This document shows positions 37,787 to 49,151 of a stretch of DNA of 59,222 nt, one piece after another. The notes beneath the pieces were generated by a model that was not told the DNA's origin, searched no databases, and was given only the letters and a program-made list of their open reading frames with translations. The position numbers and the translations under genes were made by a program. Source of the DNA: Rhizophagus irregularis (taxonomy: Eukaryota); contig NC_089429.1 of assembly GCF_026210795.1 (NCBI RefSeq), forward strand, positions 7,936,001-7,995,222, written 5' to 3'. Each line of letters starts with the position of its first letter. Position 1 is the stretch's first letter.

Positions 37787-38834
37787 AATAAATAACAAAT
37801 TTTTTTAAAAATTATTTTGTAAAAGATAAAAAATGATGTACTTCTTGTAGTTACGTAACACATGTGGAATAGCATATGTAAAATCTAATATCATTTATAA
37901 GATTGCGTGAACATAGTAAGTTATTAAGTGACATAACAAAATTACATTAATGCTAAGTCCTTTTAATATCCTGTCAATGTAATGTATTTTATAATAACTG
38001 AACATCAAAGTTTATGTAATAAAAAAGATAATATTGTACTAAAATCTGTTAGGAGTAATTTTTGTTATTTATTATTATTAGCATTAAATATAATATACAT
38101 TTCAACGAATGCTAACGCCCAATAGCTGGCATATTTTTAAGAAACTAATACTTTTGTGATTTTATGTAAAAAAATTTGTTATAAATAAAAATTCGAAAAA
38201 AATATCTCTTTGGCTTTTAAGTGTAAATAAACCATTGCTTTTAAAGTGTCAGTCTATAAACCGTTGCTTTTTTTAGTTTAGTGATATATTTTTTTTAGAT
38301 GATCATGTGAATATAACGCTTCGGACGCTCAAACAGTTCCTGTTACCTAGTATAATAAATTAAACTTTCCTATTTTTATCAATAAATTAATAGGTAAATT
38401 TTTTAATTTGGAATTATTAAATTATAAAGTGAAACTCTAGCGTCTAAGTTCAGTATGAAAATCACCATCAATTTGTACTGCTGCAGTACCAATCGATATA
38501 CACCTGTAAAAATACAACTATATAGTAAATACCTAACTACTAGAAAATATATTACATTATAACCAAAACTTACGTTAACTAAATTTGCGTTAACTAAAAA
38601 ACTTATTTTGACTAATTTTATGTCTGTGTGCAGTACACCATACGTTAAAATTTCGTGTCAAAGTACTGTACCATCCGTTGAGTTAGTAGTAAACTAGATC
38701 TTAAGCACCTTAAAAACTAGTACTCCTAATAATATACTATTCAATTTCCCACATGGACACAATTCACACAACCCACAGACAGTTATCCTTTAGCAATTTG
38801 GCAAAAGCAGAGTTCGGCTAAATTTCTTCCCGAT

Positions 38835-39120
38835 GATTGTTATATCAGATAAATTTATGCCGATCCTTTTTTTATCTATCTAAATTAAATTAAGTGGTAG
38901 GTAACACCAATTTTTTTTTATAACCATGACACAAACTTGCTCCTTGATTATATCGGATAAATTTATACCGATCCTTTTTTATCCTCATTAAGTATCCAAA
39001 TTAAATTATGTGGTGGGTAACACCAATTTTTTTTTTTATAACCGTGGAATTCTTTTCCGCACCAAATTTTTTTTTATAATCGTGGTTTTTTACAGATTTG
39101 ACACAAACTTGTTCTCAACA
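38835..39120. repeat. Tandem duplication (~110-130 bp) immediately upstream of the kinase ATG
   Basis: TTATATC(A/G)GATAAATTTAT(G/A)CCGATCCTTTTT..AAATTAAATTA.GTGGT(A/G)GGTAACACCAATTTTTTTT occurs twice; GACACAAACTTG also occurs twice. Confidence 0.75.
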
Positions 39121-39137
39121 GAATTTACATTATAAAA

Positions 39138-40745
39138 ATGAGCTTTATTAATGAAAACCAATTAGTATCTGATAAAAATTCTAATCCCGTAAAAATTGAT
39201 CATGAAAATTGTTATAACCCAGATAATAAAAAATATTGGTGTAAAGAATGTGTTCCTCGTTGCATAATTGAAGGATGGACTAGTGGAAGTGATGATATTG
39301 ATAATTTTATCAAGGATACGATTTATGATGCATGTGAGAAATATGTTGGTGAATATAAATATGGCCCATCATTTCTTGAATGGGTTCCATTTGATAGATT
39401 TAAAGATATGAAAGAAATAGGTGAAGGTGGATTTGCAAAAGCGTATTCTGCAACTTGGACCGATGGTGATGCAAAATACACTAAACAAGATGATGGAAAT
39501 TGGATAAAAAGAGAACCTGCACCTTTGGAAATTGCTTTGAAAAGGCTAAATGGATCACAGATTATATCACCTGGTTTTATAAATGAGGTATTTTTTTTTT
39601 CATATGTATTTATTTATAATTTTAAAAACTATAAAAATATATTTAATTTATTTTAATCTGTATAATAGCTTAAAACACATTGGAAATTAAATTGCTCACA
39701 AAGTAATTCTTTAAAATTTTATGGAATGACTAAAGACCCAAAAACTAAAGAATTTATTATGATTATGCGATATGCAACAGATGGAAATTTGAGAAATAAA
39801 CTTGCAAGTAATTTTAACAAAATTTTATGGAAACCAAAACTTAATTATTTACGTGAGTCAGCAATGGATCTTTCAAATTTACATGAATTAGGATATTTTC
39901 ATGGAGATTTTCATAGTGGAAATATATTACATATTGGCGAAGGAACTTTTGTGTCAGATTTTGGATTATCTGGACCATCAAATGAACAAAAATCAGATAA
40001 AAAAGTATATGGTGTATTGCCATATATTGCTCCAGAAGTTTTAAATGGAAAACCATATACATTATCTTCAGATATTTATAGTTTTGGCGTAGTTATGGCT
40101 GAAGTATCATCTGGAAAACCACCTTTTTATAAAAGAAATCATGATAGTAGTTTAGCATTAGAAATATGTAATGGACTCAGACCAGGATTTGGAAAAGGAA
40201 CTCCTGAAATTTATAAGAAATTAGCTCATAGATGTATGAATGCTAATCCAAATCAAAGACCAACAGCTATTGAATTACATAATATATTAGATGATTGGGT
40301 GTGTTATAGTAATAATGAAAAATATGGATATAAAGGAGAAGAAATTAAAGCTGTATTTGAAGAAGCTGATAAAGAAATACTAAATATTTCAACCTTATAT
40401 GAAAAGAAACCTGATGCTATTTATACTAGTAGAGCATTTACATTTAAAAATTTGTCAAAACCCATTAATTCATCTTTTATTGGTACTACATATCTTAATG
40501 AAGAAGGTAATAAGATATCATATTTTTTAAATTTTATAAAATAATTAAGATAATAATAACCAATTTTATTTATTATAATAGATTGTCAAGATTCTCAATT
40601 AATCAACTTAAAGATTTCTAGCATATTAATATTAGAAGGTAAATATAATTTACTATATATTTATAATATTAATTTTACAATGATAAAAAATATATTAATG
40701 CTTTATTACTAACTTTTATTAATAGATGAAGATAATGATAACTAA
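39138..40745 (+). CDS. Tyrosine-kinase-like (TKL) protein kinase, 4 exons
   Basis: Exons 39138-39587, 39669-40506, 40582-40638 and 40726-40745 splice in frame. Motifs WCKEC, WTSG..IDNFIK, LEWVPFDRF, IGEGGFAKAYSATW, IALKRL, HGDFHSGNIL, SDFGLS, GVLPYIAPEVL, SDIYSFG. Confidence 0.92.
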
Positions 40746-41138
40746 ATAATATTATTATTTTCATTTTATATTTTATTTTTTTTTTGGAAATTACTAGTTA
40801 TAACCTATTATATTGCAACAAAATTAATAAGTTTAAATCAATATAACAATAAAATTTTTAATTTATATTTAGATAAATTGTTTATTTAATTTTTGATTTA
40901 CTGATCACATGCAGAATTTTACTATGTAATTTTTGAGTTAACAGTTAATCTTTATAATAAAATGCATTTATAAATACAAATCACCTAAATAAGGCCATAC
41001 AAACTTGATTTTATGGTTTTCATAATATAAAAATTTCATCAATAACCCGGCAACCCGGCTTTTAATTTTTTTTTCAAAAATTTTATATGCGAAATTTTTT
41101 TTCAATTTTTAAAAAATTCTCACCTGGCATAGTAATAA

Positions 41139-41351
41139 GGGGATGGCCAGAAATGACGTAATTTAAATTTTAGGATTTTTGACCCCCCTCCCTCCCCATG
41201 TCATCATTCATTTTAGGAAATGTAAAATTAAAACATAATTCTGGCTAGAATTATATTAACTACAAGTGTCTAAAAATGGAAGATGTGTAACATCATCATG
41301 GTCTTAACCCCCCTCCCCCCTTAGAAAATGACGTCATTTCTGGCAGTTCCC
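41139..41351. mobile_element. PIF/Harbinger (Tourist-like) MITE
   Basis: TIRs GGGGATGGCCAGAAATGACGT / GGGAACTGCCAGAAATGACGT; TAA TSD on both sides. Confidence 0.8.
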
Positions 41352-41869
41352 TAATATAAAAAAATTTTTTTTAAGACTTAACAAAACTGACCCAGCCAGA
41401 CTATGAAAACCATTTTTACTACTTTGTGTCGTTTAAGTGATTATAAAAATCTTTTATAAAATGATTTAAATTAGCTGAAATTTTTATAAATAAACAAAAA
41501 AAATTATACTTTTAATGTGTTTGTTTAATTATTTACTTTAGAGAAACTTCAAATTCTAGCAAATTTCTTATATATAATATTTATTGCAATTCAATTTCAT
41601 AAAATAAACAGCCTTATATATTTCTTTATAAAAAAAAATATAATAAAACTTTATTTTAATTTTAAGTAAAGCTCCGAACGGGTCAGTTCGGTGCCGTTTT
41701 AGTAAGGAACTGGATCTGAACTGAAAATCCCATCCGGTTTCAGTTCGGTTTTCTGATTTAGACCCAAACCGGAACTGGAACCGAATTTTTAATCTGAGCT
41801 GAACCGATATTATCGGTTCAGTCCAATATCAATTAGATGATCTAAAGATAATCTTTTTTTTTTAGTAAC

Positions 41870-43185
41870 CTCCTTCTGCCAATTTTCTTATGGAGGCTTA
41901 GTTCTTCACGGAAAGGTCCTTTAGGTTTTTGGCTTTTCTGCTCTTCACGGTTGGTTTTTTTTGTTTTGATTTTTTTTTGGTTTTCTTTACTAATTTCGTT
42001 TGTCTTCTTTCTTTTTTTAAGTTTCAGTTCTTTGCATTTTTCACAGAAAGATGTGCGTTTCTTTTTTTTTATTTTTCGGTTATTTTTTTTTTATTTCCTT
42101 TGCTAATTCCGTTCGCTTTCTTTCCTTATTTTAGGTTTTTGGTTCTTGTTCTTCGTGAAAAGGCAGGTGATTAAAATATTTCTTTTTTTTTCATTCTTTT
42201 GTTTTTTTTTATATTTCTTTTGCTAATTCCATTCTCCTTCTTCCTTATTTTAGGTTTTCAGTTCTTGTTCTTCGTGAAAAGGCAGGTAAATATTTCTTTT
42301 TTTTTCGTTCTTTCATTTTTTTTTATTTCTTTTGCTAATTCCGTTCTCCTTCTTCCTTATTTTAGGTTTTCGGTTCTTGTTCTTCGTGAAAAGGCAGGTG
42401 ATTGAAATTTTTTTGTTTCTTTTTTTGTTTTTTCTTTTTTTTTATTTCTTTTGCTAATTCCGTTCTCCTTCTTCTTTATTTTAGGTTTTCAGTTCTTGTT
42501 CTTCGTGAAAAGGCAGGTGATTGAAATATTTCTTTTTTTTTTCGTTCTTTCATTTTTTTTATTTCTTTTGCTAATTCCGTTCTCCTTCTTCCTTATTTTA
42601 GGTTTTCAGTTCTTGTTCTTCGTGAAAAGGCAGGTGATTGAAATTTTTTTATTTCTTTTTTTCATTTTTTCATTTTTTTTATTTCTTTTGCTAATTCCGT
42701 TCTCCTTCTTCCTTATTTTAGGTTTTCGGTTCTTGTTCTTTGTGAAAAGGCAGGTGATTGAAATATTTCTTTTTTTTTCGTTTTTTCATTTTTTTTATTT
42801 CTTTTGCTAATTCTGTTCTCCTTCTTCCTTATTTTAGGTTTTCAGTTCTTGTTCTTCGTGAAAAGGCAGGTGATAGAAATATTTCTTTTTTTTTCGTTCT
42901 TTCATTTTTTTATTTCTTTTGCTAATTCTGTTCTCCTTTTTCCTTATTTTAGGTTTTCGGTTCTTGTTCTTCGTGAAAAGGCACGTGATTGAAATGTTTT
43001 TGTTTCTTTTTTTTCGTTCTTTCGTTCTTTCATTTTTTTTTTATTTCTTTTGCTAATTCCGTTCTCCTTCTTCCTCCTTTTAGGTTTTCAGTTCTTGTTC
43101 TTCATGAAAAGGCAGGTGATTGAAATTTTTTTATTTCTTTTTTTTCATTTTTTCATTTTCCTTTACTAATTTCATATTTTACTTT
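41870..43185 (+). repeat. Left arm tandem array, ~118-bp unit (9 core copies plus diverged units)
   Basis: GCTAATTCCGTTCTCCTTCTTCCTTATTTTAGGTTTTC(A/G)GTTCTTGTTCTTCGTGAAAAGGCAGGTGATTGAAAT + poly-T, starting at ~42102, 42222, 42333, 42453, 42570, 42690, 42806, 42921 and 43052. Confidence 0.92.
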
Positions 43186-43309
43186 TAAGTTTTTGGTGCT
43201 TCGCGATCATAAGTATGTTGTTTATTATGCAATTCCCCAATAGACTCAGCAGACTGCTTTTTATTCTGATGAACTTAATGTTTAACTTTTTTTTATTTTA
43301 TTTTTTTTT

Positions 43310-43790
43310 ATTTTTTCGTCTATTTTTTTATTGTTCGGTTATTTTTTTGATTTTCGTTTTGATTTTTCGTAATTTTTCATTTATTTTTTTTTATTTTTTC
43401 ATCTATTTTTTTATTGTTCGGTTATTTTTTTGATTTTTGTTTTGATTTTTCGTAATTTTTTGTTTATTTTTTTTGTTTTTTCGTCTATTTTTTTATTGTT
43501 CGGTTATTTTTTTGATTTTTGTTTTGATTTTTCATAATTTTTCGTTTATTTTTTTTTATTTTTTCGTCTATTTTTTTATTGTTCGGTTATTTTTTTGATT
43601 TTTGTTTTGATTTTTCGTAATTTTTCGTTTATTTTTTTTATTTTTTTGTTTATTTTTTTATTGTTCGGTTATTTTTTTGATTTTTGTTTTGATTTTTCGT
43701 AATTTTTTATTTTTTTGTCTATTTTTTTATTGTTCGGTTATTTTTTGATTTTCGTTTTGATTTTTCGTAATTTTTCATTTATTTTTTTTT
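43310..43790 (+). repeat. T-rich ~60-65-bp tandem repeat (~7 copies)
   Basis: TTTTCGTCTATTTTTTTATTGTTCGGTTATTTTTTTGATTTT(C/T)GTTTTGATTTTTCGTAATTTTT repeated. Confidence 0.85.
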
Positions 43791-44165
43791 TTTTTTTTTT
43801 TATTTTTTTATTTTTTTTAATTTTGTTTGTTTTATTTAATTTTCGTTTATTTTTTTGGTTTTTTTATTTTTGTTTTATTTTTTTTTAATTTTCGTTTATT
43901 TTTGTTTAATTTTCATTTATTTTTGTTTAATTTTCATTTATTTTTTTTTATTTTTCGTCAATATTTTATCTATAAAAAAAAATTTCAAAAAAAAAGATCA
44001 GCGATTTTGATTCATTTTAATAAATAAATAATTTTTAATATTTCTAATAATTTTAATTTTATTTAACGATAAGTAAATATAAAATAATATAACGTTTTTA
44101 AGCAATATAAAAAAAATACTACAAGTATATAAAATATTTTTAATGAACAAAAATAATAAAGTAAC

Positions 44166-44600
44166 TAAGGTTGCTTGCCGAAATCAAGTAGTTTAGGCCA
44201 AGGCCAAAACTTTTTTAAACCGAAAGTTTAGGCAATTAAAAGTAAATTTGCCGAAATTATATAATGCCGAAACTTTTACCGAAAGGCCGAAATTTGGCCG
44301 AAATTATTGGCCAACATTAATACTATAATTCTGGCCGGAATAATGATCGACACGTAAATTTCCTTTTATGGAATTTTGTGTAACATTTGTGCGACACATT
44401 TCTCCGATTTTACTGGGAAACAAAATTTCCTTTTTTGGAATTTGTGTAACGTCACGTGACACAATGTCATAATTTCGGCCGAATTTTAATTTTGGCCAAA
44501 ATTAAGACCGAGTTTCGGCCTAATTTCGGCATTTTCGGCATTTGATTTGATTGGCCGAAACCTTTCAGAATTTCCTTTTTAGTTTCGGCAGGCAACCTTA
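44166..44600. mobile_element. hAT-type MITE inserted just after the hAT transposase stop codon
   Basis: TIR TAAGGTTGC(T/C)TGCCGAAA; 8-bp TSD AAAGTAAC at 44158-44165 and 44601-44608; many GCCGAAA subterminal motifs. Confidence 0.9.
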
Positions 44601-45198
44601 AAAGTAACTAATTCGTATTTTTATGTTTTAACCATGCTTTTAAGCACATCGATTTTCTAATCGTTTCCGGATTTAAACTACATCATCTTTGAGTTATCAA
44701 ATCCGTTTCACCAGAGAATACTCTATCAACTGGTACACTTGTTCCTATTTGAAATTACAAAATTAATATAAAATAATTAAATTTAACCAATTAAAAATAA
44801 AATATATACCAGGAATTGCTAAAAAATCCCGGGCCATTTTGGATAAATTTGGAAATTTATTTTCGTGAACCTAATAAAAGAAATTTAACATTTTAATAAA
44901 AATTTCTTATACGCAATACCATTTATTTAAGATTTTACCATTGCTAAACTTAACCGTGGTTATTACAACCACCCTGGTTATTTCACCATCTTTCATGGTT
45001 TTATAACCATATATACGTGGTTAAAACACCACTCTACTGTATGTCATGTGATCTATGAAATTTGTATTACGTTCGACGATAAACTCGTTAGTAAATTTTA
45101 TTTCTTTATTATACTGATATTAATTATTATCACTAGTTTATTACTACATTATTTATATTAATATTATTACAACAGAATCTCTACACTATAATAAAAAT

Positions 45199-47976
45199 CT
45201 ATGCATTATTACCACAATTCTTTCGATAATGACCTAATTTCCCACAATTTTTACATTTTCGCTGTCCACGACTAAGATTTACTTCAGCTGCAGCTGCACT
45301 TGTTTCTGCATTTTGTTCATCGTTATGACTTACATTTGTAATTTCTTTAAAAGGTCTTTTATTTCTAGCAATTTCCACTGCACTCTTCAATCTTTTAGGT
45401 GGACGTCCACGAACATTGTATACAATTGGATTTGGAATATGATTAGGATCATTTTGATATGTTCCATTAGTTTGCTGAGTATTAAGATGAATATGAGAAG
45501 ACATAAATCTATTACACAACCCAACTAATTCATCAACAGAATCTGTCTTAATTGCTAAATTTAATGCTTTTGTTACACATTCATGTCCCTCAATAAACTG
45601 TTGCTTTTGTTTTGATAATTTTTTTACCGGCTCTGTATCAATGACTTTTCCTCTTAATATACTTAAAATTTGACACTTTGGTGTTAATGGATTATCAATA
45701 TAAGATTCTTCCTGAACAATACTAATAGATCTTGTTATTGAAGTATCTATTGTTGAATCAAAAACTTTATCATCATTAAACCATCTACGATTAATTAATG
45801 CCATTGTAAATTGTGCATTACTGGTATATCTCATTAAGCAAAAAAAGTGTCGGCAAGGTATGCCAAAGTTAATAATTGTAAAGCATGTACATAAGAAGGA
45901 CCCATCATTTAAAATTAAAATATAATGATTCCAACTTGAAACCATAGGTCTAATGATCCATAAAGAAGTAATAGATTGTTGTTCAACACATTCCAATAGT
46001 GTTTTCAAGTTAATTTGCGGTTTTTTATACATTTCTTCAAGATAACCTTCGGTTGTATTATCAATATCACCCTGTAACTAAATATACGATTACAAATCAG
46101 TTTATAATATACTTAATTATAAAAGTAAATAAAAAGTTATTACTCACATTAATATATTCTTCAAGGTTGCCATTAAATTGTTGAGCTGTATATAAAAAAC
46201 TTTCAGAAATTTGATCACGAACTCTATTATGCATATTAGGCAACAAATAACTCTGAATTTCTTCATCAATTGATTTATATATTGTATTATAAACTGTTGG
46301 CAATGAAATATTTGGTTGTTTTTGCAATTGCTGATTAATTAACACACTTTCTGCTTCCAAATCACACCGACCCATCAGAACATTAAATAATTGACAAAGC
46401 CCAGTACTACGATTTGTATCAGATGCAATAATAGAATTCATCGCTTCTACTCTTGAAGTACTTTGAATGCCAGCAGTAAACATTTTACGATTATAACAAA
46501 ATGCCCATGCAGCCCGATTTTGATCTAAAACTCGGTTTAGATATGGAACTGCTAATGGATAATCATTTTTCAATTTTTCCCAATAGAAATTAAACTTCTC
46601 AACATTTAAACTATTTCGTGCCTTATAAAATTCTTTGTGAAATTGAGCAAAATTTGATCCAAGAATACTCTTTAATTTCTTTTGAATATTTTGATCAATA
46701 TGATAAATACAGATAAAATGTACTGTTGTATCAAAAACACCCTTAATAGCTCGGAACATTGCAGGATCTCCATCGGTATATATTGAATGTGGTACAACAT
46801 TTCCTGTAGCAATTTTTACATTTTCATAAATCCATTTAAACGTAGCTTCAGTTTCATCATCAACCAAAGCACATGCAACCAATCTGGTATGATTATCACA
46901 GTCAACACAAACAATAATATTTAAAGTTAAATCATACCGATTTTTTTTATATGTTGAATCATTAACTACAATATCATGATAACGTAGCCAAAGCTGTTTT
47001 TGCATTGGAGACATCCAAAATATTGAAGTAAGCCTTCCATCTGTTTCATCAAAACGAGCTTGATAATACCATTCTGGATTTTTAGTTTGAAGTTCTCTCA
47101 GCAAATTAAGTAAATTTGTTGCATACGTGATAGTAATACAGGTAGGTGTTAAAGGTTTGCATTCTTGAATAATTATAAAGTGTTTTTTAGTTTTTAATGT
47201 ATATATTGTTGTGGATATTTTCGCATTGAGTAAATTTCGAATAATCTTAGCACCAATTGAAGGTCCCTCCACTATGTCATATAAAATTTTATATCAGCTT
47301 TTATTTCCTCAGAAAAACGTCGGTATTTAGGTGAAATTTTATGTATTAATGGATTCAATGAATGATTGTGATCATCGTTAAACGAAGTCAAATGAATTAG
47401 GGGAGATGTTTTAGGCCAATTCAAGCTAGCTTTCCAGGGACATCCAATTGAATTTGAAGTACGTTGGCGTTGCTTTGATATATCAGTTACTTTATTTGGC
47501 TTGTAATTACCTGAAAAAGTACATGAATAAGTCCTTCTAACAAGGCGTTGTGAACCATCCCCCAAGGTAACATAATCTCCCCGGCACTTTCTTATAGCAA
47601 AACCCTTTGATAGTGCATATTCATCAAAAAATTTATCAACATCTTCCCATGAATCAAATTCTTTACCAGTACTCAACACTTGTTCCTCATGTTCACTTTC
47701 AAATCCATTTTTATAATCTTCATAATGATCATTTTCAGAACTATTATCAAGGAAACCTAAAAAAAAAATAACAAACTTGATTAATAAATAACGCACCTAA
47801 CCTAAACAAACTTTCCTTACCCTAACCCTAACCCTAACCCTAACCCTAACCCTAACCCTAACCTCTAACTCTAACCCTAACCCTAACCCTAATCGCTAAC
47901 TTCTTACTATCCTAAACTATTCCAATACGAAAAAAAACTAAAAAAAAGACCCACCTATATCAGAGTCCTCGGTCAT
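45199..47976 (-). pseudogene. MULE transposase (FAR1 DNA-binding, MULE DDE, SWIM finger, CCHC knuckle), frameshifted
   Basis: Exons 47976-47955, 47756-46148 and 46071-45199. FAR1-like GFAIRK..CTFSG..IGCPWK..HNHSL; DDE motifs NDSTYKKNRY / YTDGDPAM / CIYH / STSRVEAMN; SWIM CTC..GIPCRH; CKNCGKLGHYRKNC. Frameshift/stop at ~47272. Confidence 0.88.
47797..47900 (-). repeat. Interstitial telomeric repeat (CCCTAA)n within MULE intron 1
   Basis: About 12 near-perfect CCCTAA units at 47820-47892, between donor GTGGGT (47954) and acceptor TAG (47757). Confidence 0.92.
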
Positions 47977-48788
47977 AATGAATAAATATCAAGGGATAGT
48001 AATATAAAATGAGTGAAAAAAGTTTATTATAGAAAATAAGTAAACGAAATAAATGAAATAAATGAATAAATGATACGAAACAAATGAGGTAGATAAAATA
48101 AATAAGGTAAAAAAAAGAGAATAAGCGTGAGAAAGAGGGTAAGAAAGAGCGTGAGAAAGAGCGTAAGCTAGAAAAGATAATCAGGTAGTATAAAAATAGT
48201 CTAAATGTACATCACATAATCATATCACGTGATTAATACGTAAATCTCAATTTTTAAAATTTTTTAAAAATTTTAAATTTTTTAAATTTTATGGTTATAA
48301 TAACCAGTGGTTAGTCATAGTTATTACCTTAAGATTTACCTTCCAAAATGCTAAAACATCCATATCAAAATTTTCTGGTGGTTCACTAAGGTATGCTTCT
48401 AATTCATCAGTAAAAGATGTTTTTCGCTTTTTAAACATATGAGCTGCAAGAGAACTTTGATTATTATTATTTTGATTATCATTTTCATTATTTTTTGGTT
48501 TATATTTGGTTAACCATAATTCTTTAATTTGTTTTTTATATGTATCTATATACCCAACTTCAAATTCGTTATCTATATAGTACTGAAGTTTATGCCGTGG
48601 ATCTATTACTATAAATAAATAATTTGATTAATAATTTTGGGTAAAAACAAACCAAATATATACATTTACGTACTAGTAGCAATCACATAGACAAGTCCGT
48701 CTGAGCTTGGATAATATTGTTGCAATTTATTTTTGGCATTATTAGCAGCATTTATAATATCATCTGATCTTGTGGCTTCTTCAAGAAA

Positions 48789-49151
48789 CTTTACTAAAAA
48801 TGACCAATTTTTTGAAATATTTTTATAGACCTAGATACAATGGCTTTCAAAACAATTGTGCAATTATTTTGTAAAATTTTTAAAATATATCAAGATATAT
48901 TTAAGGTATTTTTGAGATTAAAATATTAAAATAATATCAAAGTTAATTATATTATAATAATAAAATAATAACAAAAACATTAAAAAATTATTGTGATATT
49001 ATTTTGAGTTATTTTTATAGACCTAGATACAATACAATTACAAAATAATAGCAAAAATATAATAAAAACATTTTGATGTATTAAATGTATTTTTATAGTA
49101 TTTTAAAATTATTACAAAATCATTTCAAAAAATTGGCCATTTTTAGTAAAG
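48789..49151. mobile_element. MITE (CMC/EnSpm-like by inference) inserted in a hAT transposase exon
   Basis: TIR CTTTACTAAAAATG(A/G)CCAATTTTTTGAAAT. Removing it plus a 2-bp AA duplication restores the frame IEDF-LEEA. Confidence 0.8.

Larger units (their letters stand above)
44936..48328 (-). mobile_element. Mutator-like element (MULE) inserted in a hAT transposase intron
   Basis: 9-bp TSD TTAAGATTT at 44927-44935 and 48329-48337; imperfect TIRs containing TAACC..TGGTTATTA(C/T)AACCA. Confidence 0.88.

Noticed and set aside
42100..43130. CRISPR-like repeat/spacer appearance
   Set aside because: Eukaryotic context, no cas genes, and the 'spacers' are homologous poly-T tracts rather than unique sequences
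41929..44027. Phe-rich ORFs that look like membrane proteins
   Set aside because: They are translations of T-rich tandem repeats, in overlapping frames and without real starts
47797..47900. Telomerase RNA template or a misjoined chromosome end
   Set aside because: A template needs only ~1.5 repeats, and the tract sits cleanly inside an intron of a TSD-bounded MULE with continuous coding sequence on both sides
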